A stretch of 64,000 nt of DNA, from contig NZ_DAMDLR010000003.1 in the NCBI RefSeq assembly GCF_032084975.1, positions 7,453-71,452 on the forward strand, written 5' to 3'. Positions 8,729 to 19,422 of this stretch are shown here, one piece after another. The DNA is from Aeromicrobium sp. (GTDB lineage Bacteria > Actinomycetota > Actinomycetes > Propionibacteriales > Nocardioidaceae). Every line of letters starts with the position of its first letter. Position 1 is the first letter of the stretch. The notes under the pieces were generated by a model that worked only from the letters and a program-made list of their open reading frames with translations, did no database searches and was not told the DNA's origin. The position numbers and the translations under genes were made by a program.

Positions 8729-10054
8729 ATGAGGCTTAGGCTGGCGTCCATGCGTCTACGCCTGCTCGCCGGTGCCCTGATCGCCGTGCTGGCCGCGGCC
8801 CTGCTCGGCACACCCGCCCAGGCCGCGCCCAGGAAGCCCGGCACCGTCGGCCTCGTGTCGTTCACGACGGGCGTGACCTACACCGCTGGTGGCAGGACGT
8901 ACGCGCGAGTGCGGCTCTCGTGGCCGAAGGCCAGGAGCGCCACCCGCTACCAGGTGTTCGTCGGCCGCACGAAGGCGAGCGTCGCGAAGGCCCGGAAGCC
9001 GAAGGCGACCGTCCGCGGCACCGAGGCCGTCGTCCGCAAACTCGGCCGCGGCACGACGTACTGGTTCCAGGTCCGTGCCCTGAACGGCTCGCGCCCCGGC
9101 AACCGGTCGGCCCGCGTCGCTCGGGTGACTCCGATCAACTCCGCCACGTTGCCGACGTCGACGCACGCGACCCACTCGATGATGAGCTACAACGTCTGCT
9201 CCAACGCGTGCACGAGCCGCCCCTGGACGCGGCGGCAGCCGCTCGTCGTGAACCAGGTCCTCGCGGTGCGACCCGGCGTCCTCGCACTGCAGGAGGCCAG
9301 TCGCTGGTCGACGACGATCCCCGGCTACGTCGAGGCCGAGGGCGGCAAGGACAACCGCCTCCTCTACCGTCCCGGCATCTACGAGCAGGTCGAGCAGGAG
9401 CTGACCGCCGAGCAGCAGTCCGGCGACTGCGAGATCGCCCGCACCCCGGACGGACGCAAGGTGCTCGACGAGAACGGCGACCCGGTCCGCGTCGAGCCGT
9501 GCATCCTGCCCGTCGACGGCGTGGCCGATCCGCCCGGCAAGGACGCGCCGTGGGTCATGCTGCGGCACCGGGTGACCGGTGAGGAGGTGCTGTTCGTCGG
9601 GGTCCACCTGCTGACCGGCAGCACCAACACCAACGCGCGCTACCGCGCCGGCCAGGTGCACCAGGTCTTCGCGGACCTCCGTGCCCAGCTCGACTGGTGG
9701 GGTCGCGACTTCCGCACGACGCCGATCGCCCTGATCGGCGACTTCAACACCAACCGGAGCCGGTCCAACCACGCCGTCGTGGAGTCCGCGATGAAGCGCT
9801 ACGGCTTCTGGGACACGTACGAGCAGGCGCGCCGCCTCTCGCGCCAGCACCAGAACACGGCCAACCCGAACTGGCAGTGGCGCACGCCCACGATCGGCGT
9901 CACGTGGGGCGACCACGTCGACAAGGTGTGGGTGCGCCCCAAGCGCAGCCTCGTGCGCTCGTGGGCGAACGTCGCCCTGATGAATGGCACGCAGTACGCG
10001 GCGCCGCTGCCGTCCGATCACCACCCGCTGCTGGTGCGCGCGCAGCTGTCCTGA
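8729..10054 (+). CDS. Secreted FN3 + EEP family protein, paralogue 3
   Basis: 441 aa; an alternative ATG is at 8750. It has a signal peptide ...LLAGALIAVLAAALLGTPAQA and an FN3 module (TYWFQVRALNGSRPG). EEP motifs are SYNVCSN, LQE, GDFNTN, GDHVDKVW, SDHHP. Confidence 0.8.
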   Translation: MRLRLASMRLRLLAGALIAVLAAALLGTPAQAAPRKPGTVGLVSFTTGVTYTAGGRTYARVRLSWPKARSATRYQVFVGRTKASVAKARKPKATVRGTEAVVRKLGRGTTYWFQVRALNGSRPGNRSARVARVTPINSATLPTSTHATHSMMSYNVCSNACTSRPWTRRQPLVVNQVLAVRPGVLALQEASRWSTTIPGYVEAEGGKDNRLLYRPGIYEQVEQELTAEQQSGDCEIARTPDGRKVLDENGDPVRVEPCILPVDGVADPPGKDAPWVMLRHRVTGEEVLFVGVHLLTGSTNTNARYRAGQVHQVFADLRAQLDWWGRDFRTTPIALIGDFNTNRSRSNHAVVESAMKRYGFWDTYEQARRLSRQHQNTANPNWQWRTPTIGVTWGDHVDKVWVRPKRSLVRSWANVALMNGTQYAAPLPSDHHPLLVRAQLS

Positions 10055-10099
10055 AGGTCGGCCGCCCGGCCCGCCCCGGCCCGCCCCGGCCCGGCCCCA

Positions 10100-10212
10100 C
10101 TCTCGGCCCGACCCGGCTCCGCCACCACTTTTGGTGCGCGATTACGGCGGATCTGCCCCGAGGACGGGAATCCTGCACCAAAAGTGCGGGGCGGGACGGG
10201 CGGGACGGGCGT
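10100..10212. repeat. Nested palindromic intergenic element, copy 1 (core CACTTTTGGTGC ... GCACCAAAAGTG)
   Basis: Core arms at 10126-10137 and 10175-10186 are perfect reverse complements separated by 37 nt. GC-rich outer arms extend them imperfectly (GGCCCGCCCC x2 on the left, GGGCGGGAC x2 on the right). It lies between convergent genes. Confidence 0.7.
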
Positions 10213-10223
10213 CCGCGCGGGAG

Positions 10224-11992
<1,769 letters not shown>

Positions 11993-11996
<4 letters not shown>

Positions 11997-12919
11997 AGGT
12001 TCAATCCGGCCCGCACGTGCAGGCCTGCGTCAGGGTCGACGATGGGCTCCTGCGCGGCGGCGACGCCGTCGGCGAGGAGGGTGGCATCGACCGGAGTGTT
12101 GCGTTTGATGGTGGCGAGCGCGATGGGACCGAGCTCGTGGTGGTGCGCGGCGCTGCCGACCTGGCCGACGACCTTGTCGCCGAGCAGGACGTCGGCGCCG
12201 TGCGCGGGCAGCTGGTTGACCGAGCCGTCGAGGTGCAGCAGCGTCAGCCGCCGCGGCGGACGGCCCAGGTTGTACACGCGAGCGACGGTCTCCTGGCCGC
12301 GGTAGCAGCCCTTGTCGAGGTGGACGGCCGACCCGAGCAGGCCGACCTCGTTGGGGATCGTGCGCTCGTCGGTGTCCAGGCCGGGGCGCGGACGACCCTC
12401 GGCGATGCGCAGCGCCTCCCAGGCGAACACCCCCACCGGCGTCCCCGGCACGGCCGCGACGTCGGCGACGAGCTCGGTCACGGGGCGATCGACCCAGCGG
12501 CCGATCACGAATCGGTCCTCGACCGGCGCGACCTCGACACGGGACATGAAGCGCATCCGGTCGAGGAACTCGATCAGGGGGGCGCCCGCACCGGGCTCGG
12601 TGTGCGCCCAGAAGGTCTCGCCGTCATCGACGCCGGTGAACGCGTGCTCGATGCGACCCTGCGGCGACAACAGCAGCACGTCGGTCCAGACGCCGGGAGC
12701 CAGACCCTCGAGGAACTGGGTCGTGAGCGAGTGCAGCCACGTCAGCCGGTCGGGTCCGGTGACGCGCAGGACGTCGCGGTGCGAGAGGTCGACGAAGCCG
12801 TCGCCGGACAGCAGGACGCGCTGCTCGGCCGCGAAGGCCGAGCCGTAGTGAGCCGCGACGCCCGCGTCGGGCGCCTCGGCCTCGACCGCTCCGGGCCGAT
12901 CCAGCAGCGGGCTAGACAC
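11993..12919 (-). CDS. YgfZ/GcvT-like folate-binding protein
   Basis: 308 aa. It contains LSHRDVLRVTGPDRLTWLHSLTTQ and the KGCYRGQE motif characteristic of the YgfZ family. Its stop overlaps the helicase start. Confidence 0.8.
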
Positions 12920-13415
12920 GCTCGAGCTTTCCCCACAGGTGCGACTGCATGGGCTGGCCCTCGGCGGCCATGTCGTACGCGTACATCAGCGCTCCCTCCA
13001 CGAGGCCGTACATGCGCTGGCCCGCGGTGTACTCCTTGGCCGAGACGGTGCGGGCGACGACGTCGGTGGCCAGCGTGAGCCGCGCCCCGTCGATGTCGCC
13101 GTACCAGATCTCGGCATAGCCGGTGGGGTGCGCGAGGACCAGCTCGACCTTGCCCTCGCCGGACGGGCGCAGGAAGCCCGTCTCGAGGGCGCCGGGGCGC
13201 ACGCGCTCGCCGGCGTCGTCGGTGATCCAGGTGCGGCTGAAGTAGTGCAGGAACGGGCGCGTGTCGTGCGCGAAGACGACGTCCTGCTCGAAGCCGAACG
13301 GCTCGATCGTGGAATATTCGCCCCGACCGTTGCCGTGCCAGTTTCCGAGCAGCCATGCGACCGGCATCAGATCGGGGTGCAGGTCGCTGGGAATCTGGAA
13401 GGCCATGGGTTCCAT
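12912..13415 (-). CDS. Nitrobindin/FABP-like (DUF1794) beta-barrel protein
   Basis: 167 aa. The LLGNWHGNGRGEY motif and overall length match the UPF0678/nitrobindin family (Rv0813c-like position). Confidence 0.75.
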   Translation of the reverse strand: MEPMAFQIPSDLHPDLMPVAWLLGNWHGNGRGEYSTIEPFGFEQDVVFAHDTRPFLHYFSRTWITDDAGERVRPGALETGFLRPSGEGKVELVLAHPTGYAEIWYGDIDGARLTLATDVVARTVSAKEYTAGQRMYGLVEGALMYAYDMAAEGQPMQSHLWGKLERV

Positions 13416-13462
13416 GCTATCGGCCGGTCGCGAAGTGGCTTCGCCACAGTTACGCTCCTCGC

Positions 13463-13900
13463 GTGCGCGCAGTGATCCAGCGGGTGAGTCGGGCCCAGGT
13501 CCTCGTCGACGGCGCCGTGGTCGGCGTGCTCGACGAGCCGGGCCTGGTCGTCCTGCTGGGCGTCACCCACGACGACACCAGCGATGACGCGAAGCGGCTG
13601 GCGGCCAAGATCGTGCGGCTGCGGATCATGCGCGGCGAGCAGTCCGTCGACGAGGTCGGCGGCGGCGTGCTGGCGATCAGCCAGTTCACCCTGTTCGCCG
13701 ACACACGCAAGGGCCGGCGGCCCTCGTGGGGCGCAGCGGCCCCCGGCCCGGCGGCCGAGCCGCTCTACGACGAGTTCTGCGCCGCGATCGAGTCGGCCGG
13801 CGTCACCGTGGCACGCGGCGTGTTCGGCGCGGACATGGCGGTCGACCTGGTCAACGACGGGCCCGTGACGATTCTCATGGATTCACGGTCGGAAACCTGA
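13463..13900 (+). CDS. dtd: D-aminoacyl-tRNA deacylase
   Basis: GTG start. It begins VRAVIQRVSRAQV and contains SQFTLFADTRKGRRPSW and the GPVT motif near the C-terminus, all classic Dtd features. Confidence 0.9.
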   Translation: MRAVIQRVSRAQVLVDGAVVGVLDEPGLVVLLGVTHDDTSDDAKRLAAKIVRLRIMRGEQSVDEVGGGVLAISQFTLFADTRKGRRPSWGAAAPGPAAEPLYDEFCAAIESAGVTVARGVFGADMAVDLVNDGPVTILMDSRSET

Positions 13901-13961
13901 ACGGGACTCTCAGCAACGCCCTTCATACTGGGAAGGTTCCACAACGACAGGAGATCCCCCG

Positions 13962-15071
13962 GTGAGCGACGCCCCCGAACCGGTCCGTAGACCCGGATCG
14001 CGTGCGTCGAACCGTCGCTCCTTCCGCCAGCGCCACCCCGTGATCGTGTGGGCCGTGGTGCTGGTGGTGCTGCTGCCGGTCGTGGGAGGCGCGTCGTACG
14101 CGTGGAACCTCAAGCGCAAGCTGGACGACCTCGAGACGGTCAAGCTGAACCCCTCGAAGGAGAAGCCCGACCCCGACGAGGGCCGCGCGCTCAACATCCT
14201 GCTGCTGGGCTCGGACAAGGGCGAGGCGGGCGAGGGACAGCCCAAGAACACGACGATCGCCGAGGACGCCGCCTCGGGCGACTGGCCCGTCGGCAAGTAC
14301 CGCAGCGACACCCTGATGATCGTCCACATCCCGGCGAACCGGAAGAAGGTCTACCTCGTCTCGGTCCCGCGCGACTCGCTCGTGCCGATCTACGACGAGA
14401 AGGGCGAGTCCATCGGCTCGGACAAGATCAACGCCGCCTTCGCGGCCGGTGGCCCGGTGGCGTCGATCAACACCATCGAGAAGCTGACCGGGCTCAAGAT
14501 GGACCACCTGGCGATCATCGACTGGGAGGGCTTCCGCGACCTCTCGACGGCCGTCGGCGGTGTCGAGGTCACGATCCCCCGCTCCTTCTACGACCCCCAG
14601 CAGAAGATCCAGTGGGACGCCGGGACGCAGACGCTCGAGGGGAACAAGGCCCTGCAGTACGTGCGCACCCGCTACGGGCTGATCGGCGGCGACTTCGACC
14701 GGATCAAGCGTCAGCAGAACTTCATGCGCTCGCTCATGGGCAAGATGCTCGACTCCGGCGTCACCACGAGTCCTCGCCGGCTCAGCAGCACGGTCGGCGC
14801 ACTGACGAAGAACCTGACGGTGGACGAGGGCTGGTCCGGCACCGCCATGGCGAAGCTGGCGCTGTCGCTGCGTGGCATCGGCACCGAGGACGTCACGTTC
14901 ATGACGGCACCGGTCCAGGGCACCGCCAACGACCCCACCCACGGGAGCATCGTGGTGCTGCAGGAGGACAAGATGGGCGAGCTCTTCACCGCGCTGGGCA
15001 AGAGCCGGATGGGCGCCTATCTGAAGAAGTATCCCGACGAGGTCCTGCCGGACGCCGAGGACGTGTCCTGA
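13962..15071 (+). CDS. LCP (LytR-CpsA-Psr) family cell-wall polymer ligase
   Basis: 369 aa with an N-terminal TM anchor, then NILLLGSDKG...RSDTLMIVHIP...VSVPRDS...KINAAFAAGGP motifs. Confidence 0.9.
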   Translation: MSDAPEPVRRPGSRASNRRSFRQRHPVIVWAVVLVVLLPVVGGASYAWNLKRKLDDLETVKLNPSKEKPDPDEGRALNILLLGSDKGEAGEGQPKNTTIAEDAASGDWPVGKYRSDTLMIVHIPANRKKVYLVSVPRDSLVPIYDEKGESIGSDKINAAFAAGGPVASINTIEKLTGLKMDHLAIIDWEGFRDLSTAVGGVEVTIPRSFYDPQQKIQWDAGTQTLEGNKALQYVRTRYGLIGGDFDRIKRQQNFMRSLMGKMLDSGVTTSPRRLSSTVGALTKNLTVDEGWSGTAMAKLALSLRGIGTEDVTFMTAPVQGTANDPTHGSIVVLQEDKMGELFTALGKSRMGAYLKKYPDEVLPDAEDVS

Positions 15072-15075
15072 GGGC

Positions 15076-15489
15076 TCAGCGACCCCGGCGGCTCCACTCG
15101 ATCGCGGGACACGCGTCCATCACCATCGGCACCCCGGCCGCGACGGTGCGCTCGAACGCCGCCTCGTCGATGACGCCCAGCTGGAACCAGACGGCCTTCG
15201 CCCCGACCTCGACGGCCTGGTCGGCGAACGGGCCGGCGTCCTCGGACCGGCGGAACACGTCGACGACGTCGATCGGGAACGGCACGTCGGCCAGCGTCGC
15301 GTAGCCCTGCTCCCCCAGCACCGTCGGCGCGTCCGGATGGATCGGCACGATGCGCTTGCCGCGCCGTTGCAGCAGCTGCGCGATCGAGTAGGCGGTGCGC
15401 GCCCTGTTGTTCGAGAGGCCCACGACGGCCCAGGTCTCGAGGTCGTCGAGCATCAGTGAGACGGAGGTCCGATCCTGCCAGTCGGTCAT
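15076..15489 (-). CDS. CoA-binding domain protein (YccU/YneT-like)
   Basis: 137 aa. The WAVVGLSNNRARTAYSIAQLLQRRGKRIVPIHP pattern is typical of the CoA_binding_2 family. Confidence 0.75.
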   Translation of the reverse strand: MTDWQDRTSVSLMLDDLETWAVVGLSNNRARTAYSIAQLLQRRGKRIVPIHPDAPTVLGEQGYATLADVPFPIDVVDVFRRSEDAGPFADQAVEVGAKAVWFQLGVIDEAAFERTVAAGVPMVMDACPAIEWSRRGR

Positions 15490-15563
15490 GCCTCGACGGT
15501 ATCGCCGTGCGCCGCGTGCCGCCGCTGGACGATGGTGCGCCGATCGGTCCGTATCCTGATCGC

Positions 15564-16031
15564 GTGACGACCGTCCTGACCTACGGAACCTTCGACCTGT
15601 TCCACATCGGCCACCTGCGCCTGCTGGAGCGACTCTCGGCGATGGGCGACCGGCTCGTCGTCGGTGTCTCGACCGATGAGTTCAACGCCGGCAAGGGCAA
15701 GAGCACGGTGGTCCCCTACGAGGACCGGGCCGCGATCGTCGGCTCCATCAAGGGCGTGGACCTGGTCCTGCCGGAGGAGTCGTGGGAGCAGAAGCGGCTC
15801 GACATCGTCGAGCACGGGGTCGACGTGTTCGTCATGGGCGACGACTGGGCGGGCAAGTTCGACGACCTGTCCGACCTGTGCCGCGTGGAGTACCTGCCGC
15901 GGACGAAGGGCATCTCGACCACGGGGCTCAAGGAGATGCTGCGGGTGCTGGACCCCAACCACATCGAGGAGATGCAGGACGCGTTGCGCGTCGTCTCACG
16001 CCTGCTCGACCACTACCGCGACCTGACCTGA
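15564..16031 (+). CDS. tagD: Glycerol-3-phosphate cytidylyltransferase (TagD-like)
   Basis: GTG start. It carries TYGTFDLFHIGHLRLLER (HxGH cytidylyltransferase motif) and the GDDWAGKFD / RTKGISTT motifs. Confidence 0.85.
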   Translation: MTTVLTYGTFDLFHIGHLRLLERLSAMGDRLVVGVSTDEFNAGKGKSTVVPYEDRAAIVGSIKGVDLVLPEESWEQKRLDIVEHGVDVFVMGDDWAGKFDDLSDLCRVEYLPRTKGISTTGLKEMLRVLDPNHIEEMQDALRVVSRLLDHYRDLT

Positions 16032-16067
16032 CCTGAGCTCGCGCCGACGGAGTCCGGCTCAGGACGG

Positions 16068-17390
16068 TCAGATCCCGTACTGGAACTCGACGATCATCCA
16101 GCCGAAGAACCCGAAGCCCAGCGCACACCACACGACGCCCGCCGCCGCGAGCAGGACACCGCCTCCCCATCGACGCGTGCGGTCCCGGGCGACCCACAGC
16201 ACGCCGCGCACGACGAACGGCAGGCTGAGCAGCAGGACGGGCAGGAGCAGCAGCCGCGGCCTGGCGTGCATGATCCCGTCCGACCCCAGCACGCTCCCGG
16301 CCACGAGGATCGCCGTCAGCCAGACCTGCCACGGCAGCCAACGGCGCAGCAACGGCCACAGCGACGAGGCGCACAGCACGCCGGCGACGATGATCGCCCA
16401 GCTCGACAGCACGTAGGCCACCTCGTCGTGGTCGCCCCGGTTCTGCACCACGAGGTGCTCGCTCAGCCACGAGAGCGTGGCCAGACCGAGGTCGAACTGC
16501 GAGCTCCAGCCTCGCTCCTGAGCGGCGAAGTACCCGCCGATCTCGGCGACCACGCCGTCGGCCCAGTGCAGGTACGAAGCCATGCCCAACGCGCCCACGA
16601 AGGGCGCCGTCACCGCTGCGACGGGGAACCCCGGCCGTCGGCGGGCCCACCCCCACAGCTCGACGGCGGCCACGACGACCAGCGTCAGGATCAACGCGAT
16701 CGCGGTGAGACGGGTCAGCCCGGCGAACAGGGTCAGCACGCCCGCGGCGAGATACCGACGGCGCAACATCATCACCAGCGCCCACACCGTCAGGGCGCTG
16801 AACAGCGCCTCGGAGTACGGCATCCAGTAGATGAAGCTCATCGGCGCACCGAAGGCCAGGACGGTGACCGCCACCGTCAGCACGACCTGCGTGCGGACCG
16901 ACAGCGCGGGCGGCACTGACCCCTCGGTGGGCATGCGCCGCGCGACGTCGAGAGCCAGCCGTGCGACTCCCCAGGCGAACACGAAGGAGGCCGCGGCCGA
17001 CACGACCAGCGCCGCGATGAACGTCGCATCCTGCTTCCCCAGCACCGAGAGCGGCGAGGAGAACATCCTGACCAGGACCGGGTAGCCCGGGAAGAAGGCC
17101 ACGGACTGCCACTCGACGCGCTCGCTCGGGTCCGGCGAGACGGAGAACCCGAAGTAGCCGAACTCCGCGATCTTGGTCATCCACCCCGCGTCCCACTTGA
17201 TCAGGACGTCGCGCAGAGCCTTGTCGTCCTGGGCGGCCCACGCAGCGAGAGCCCACGCCTGGAGCAGGCCGAGTGTCGCGGCCGTCACGATGGCGGAGAC
17301 CGGGACGGCCAGCCGGCGGGACCGCGGGGCGGGAGACGCCGGCCGCGTGGGCACGGACTCCTGCACCTCGTCCGCGTACGCAGTCGACAT
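16068..17390 (-). CDS. Polytopic membrane glycosyltransferase (GT-C, PIG-V/mannosyltransferase-like)
   Basis: 440 aa with more than 8 hydrophobic helices. The N-terminal loop motif WDAGWMTKIAEFGY resembles the WDAxWYxxIAxxGY signature of mannosyltransferase family proteins. Confidence 0.65.
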   Translation of the reverse strand: MSTAYADEVQESVPTRPASPAPRSRRLAVPVSAIVTAATLGLLQAWALAAWAAQDDKALRDVLIKWDAGWMTKIAEFGYFGFSVSPDPSERVEWQSVAFFPGYPVLVRMFSSPLSVLGKQDATFIAALVVSAAASFVFAWGVARLALDVARRMPTEGSVPPALSVRTQVVLTVAVTVLAFGAPMSFIYWMPYSEALFSALTVWALVMMLRRRYLAAGVLTLFAGLTRLTAIALILTLVVVAAVELWGWARRRPGFPVAAVTAPFVGALGMASYLHWADGVVAEIGGYFAAQERGWSSQFDLGLATLSWLSEHLVVQNRGDHDEVAYVLSSWAIIVAGVLCASSLWPLLRRWLPWQVWLTAILVAGSVLGSDGIMHARPRLLLLPVLLLSLPFVVRGVLWVARDRTRRWGGGVLLAAAGVVWCALGFGFFGWMIVEFQYGI

Positions 17391-17525
17391 CGTTCTCCCT
17401 CGCTCGACCTGGCCTGCCGCCGACGAGGATACGGGCCCGCATGGACTCGCAGAAGCCTGCGTGAACTGCGAGTTGCACCGTCACCGGCTTCGGTCACGAC
17501 CACCGCCACGGCCGCACGGAACGGC

Positions 17526-17561
17526 GAGAGGCCGGGACCCCGTCGCGGGTCCCGGCCTCTC
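17526..17561 (-). terminator. Hairpin terminator downstream of the rhodanese-DUF1416 operon
   Basis: Perfect 15-bp stem GAGAGGCCGGGACCC / GGGTCCCGGCCTCTC with a 6-nt loop, 12 nt beyond the DUF1416 stop. Confidence 0.7.
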
Positions 17562-17572
17562 GGCGTGCTGTG

Positions 17573-17869
17573 TCAGATGGCGACGGCGACCTCGGCCACC
17601 GAGCCCTTGGCCGCGACGACCTGCGAGTCGACGATCTCGGCGCGCGGCGCGAGCGTGCGCAGCGTCCAGTCGCCCGGCGCGGCGAAGAACCGGAACTGGC
17701 CCGTCGCCGACGTCGGCACCTCGGCGGTGAACTCGCCGTTGCGGTCGAGCAGGCGCACGTAGGCGTTGCCCACCGGCTGGTCGTCACGCAGGACGACGCC
17801 CTGGATCACGGCCTGGTTGGTGACGTCGACGCCCTCCAGGCTCGGTCCACCCTTGATGGCTCCGCACAT
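17573..17869 (-). CDS. DUF1416 protein (SseC-like)
   Basis: 98 aa. It begins MCGA and contains ...YVRLLDRNGEFTAEVPTSATGQFRFFAAPGDWTLR, directly downstream of the rhodanese gene as in Rv0814c/Rv0815c. Confidence 0.8.
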   Translation of the reverse strand: MCGAIKGGPSLEGVDVTNQAVIQGVVLRDDQPVGNAYVRLLDRNGEFTAEVPTSATGQFRFFAAPGDWTLRTLAPRAEIVDSQVVAAKGSVAEVAVAI

Positions 17870-17870
17870 C

Positions 17871-18719
17871 TCAGGCCTCCCCGGGCTCGTCGCCGAGCGC
17901 GACCGGCACGCCGCGCAGCGAGCCGTACTCGCTCCACGAGCCGTCGTAGTTCTTGACGTTCTTGTAGCCGAGGATCTCGCTCAGCACGAACCACGTGTGC
18001 GAGCTGCGCTCGCCGATGCGGCAGTACGCGATCGTGTCCTTGCCCTCGTCGAGGCCCGCGTTCGCGTAGAGCTCCTTGAGGTCCTCGTCCTTCTTGAACG
18101 TGCCGTCGTCGTTGGCGGCCTTGCTCCACGGCACGTTGCCGGCGGTGGGGATGTGGCCGCCGATCTGCGCGGCCTCCTGCGGGAGGTGCGCCGGGGCGAG
18201 CAGGCGGCCGGCGAACTCGTCGGGGCTGCGCACGTCGATCAGGTTCTGCGAGCCGATCGCCGAGAGGACGTCGTCACGGTAGGCGCGGATGTCCTCGCGC
18301 GGCTCCTGCGCCGTGTAGGTGGTGGCCTCACGCTCGGGGACCTCGGCCGTCAGCTCGCGGCTGTCGAGCTCCCACTTCTTGCGGCCGCCGTCGAGCAGGC
18401 GCAGGTCCTGGTGCCCGTAGTACTTGAGGTACCAGTACGCGTAGGCCGCGAACCAGTTGTTGTTGCCGCCGTAGAAGACGATCGTGTCGTCGTTGGACAC
18501 GCCCTTCTCGCTCAGCAGCTTCTCGAGGCGGTCCTTGCTGATGAAGTCGTGGCGGACGCCGTCCTGCAGGTCCTTCTTCCAGTCCAGCTTGACGGCGCCG
18601 GGGATGTGCCCCTTGTCGTAGGCCTCGACGTCTTCGTCGACCTCGATGAGGACGACCTTCGGATCGTCCAGGTGGTCCTCGACCCAGTCGGCGTTGACGA
18701 GTGCGGTCTCGCGGCTCAT
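17871..18719 (-). CDS. Thiosulfate sulfurtransferase (tandem rhodanese, CysA/SseA-like)
   Basis: 282 aa. The active-site loop CRIGERSSHTWF is present, with two rhodanese domains. Confidence 0.9.
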   Translation of the reverse strand: MSRETALVNADWVEDHLDDPKVVLIEVDEDVEAYDKGHIPGAVKLDWKKDLQDGVRHDFISKDRLEKLLSEKGVSNDDTIVFYGGNNNWFAAYAYWYLKYYGHQDLRLLDGGRKKWELDSRELTAEVPEREATTYTAQEPREDIRAYRDDVLSAIGSQNLIDVRSPDEFAGRLLAPAHLPQEAAQIGGHIPTAGNVPWSKAANDDGTFKKDEDLKELYANAGLDEGKDTIAYCRIGERSSHTWFVLSEILGYKNVKNYDGSWSEYGSLRGVPVALGDEPGEA

Positions 18720-18771
18720 GGTGTTCCTTTTCCTCTGCGAAGTGGTGGGTGGGAGGTGATGTCTCAGGCGC

Positions 18772-19209
18772 TCACGCGACGGTGCGGGCGAGGCGGCGGG
18801 TGGTCAGGTAGAGCTCGCAGCCCAGGCAGAAGCCCGTGGCGGCGTTGAGCAGGGCGGCGACGAAGGCGAATCCGACCGCGACCAGGCCGGCGGTGGTGGC
18901 ACCGGCCAAGAGTGCGACGAGCCCGACGACCGAGAACGTGAGTCCGACGGTCTGGGCGAATCGCGGTGGGCCCGGGTCCTCGGTCCGGGCCGAGGCGCCG
19001 ATGCGCGGTCGCACGACCGTGCGGAACAGCCACGACCACGGCGAGGCCGTGAGCGACACGAACGCGCCCAGTGCGAACACGATCGCCTGCGCCGCGAGGA
19101 GCACCTCGCGCACCGGCGAGGGCGTCACGAGGACGAGCGCGAGCACCACGGTGGTGACGGCGGCGGCGAAGCGCAGCGCACGCGGGTCGACCGAGGTCTG
19201 TGAGGGCAT
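18772..19209 (-). CDS. DUF4395 membrane protein
   Basis: 145 aa with four hydrophobic segments and the C-terminal NAATGFCLGCELY motif typical of DUF4395. Confidence 0.7.
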   Translation of the reverse strand: MPSQTSVDPRALRFAAAVTTVVLALVLVTPSPVREVLLAAQAIVFALGAFVSLTASPWSWLFRTVVRPRIGASARTEDPGPPRFAQTVGLTFSVVGLVALLAGATTAGLVAVGFAFVAALLNAATGFCLGCELYLTTRRLARTVA

Positions 19210-19422
19210 GACGGACTCTCCGAACTGGAGGGATGGCTGACAGTACGAAACGTGGGGTGGGACGTCAGCGCAGACGACACAGCGCCGAACGCGTGCGGCA
19301 GTTGTCCACTGCGCGGCGTCGGGTGAGGTGTGTCGTGAACATGCGGCAAGCCTAGGGGGCCATCCGGCCTCGACCCCGCCTGAATCCCGCTATGTGAGAC
19401 GGACGTCCGCATCGCGAGACTG

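Noticed and set aside
5521-8865. 1114-aa minus-strand ORF spanning the EEP genes. Similar giant ORFs occur at 869-2695(-), 9984-12305(+), 35606-39952(+), 55093-58776(+), 26295-28679(-), 28367-29644(-) and 52576-54054(+).
   Set aside because: These are Arg/Gly/Ala/Pro/Asp-rich translations with no motifs. They lie exactly antisense or out-of-frame to genes that carry unmistakable family signatures. Long stop-free shadow frames of this kind are expected in very G+C-rich DNA.
19210-19422. 213-nt untranslated gap between the thioredoxin gene and DUF4395, examined for a riboswitch or sRNA.
   Set aside because: Only short (5-6 bp) stems were found, and nothing resembles a known riboswitch core. 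It is most simply a promoter/leader for the DUF4395-rhodanese operon.
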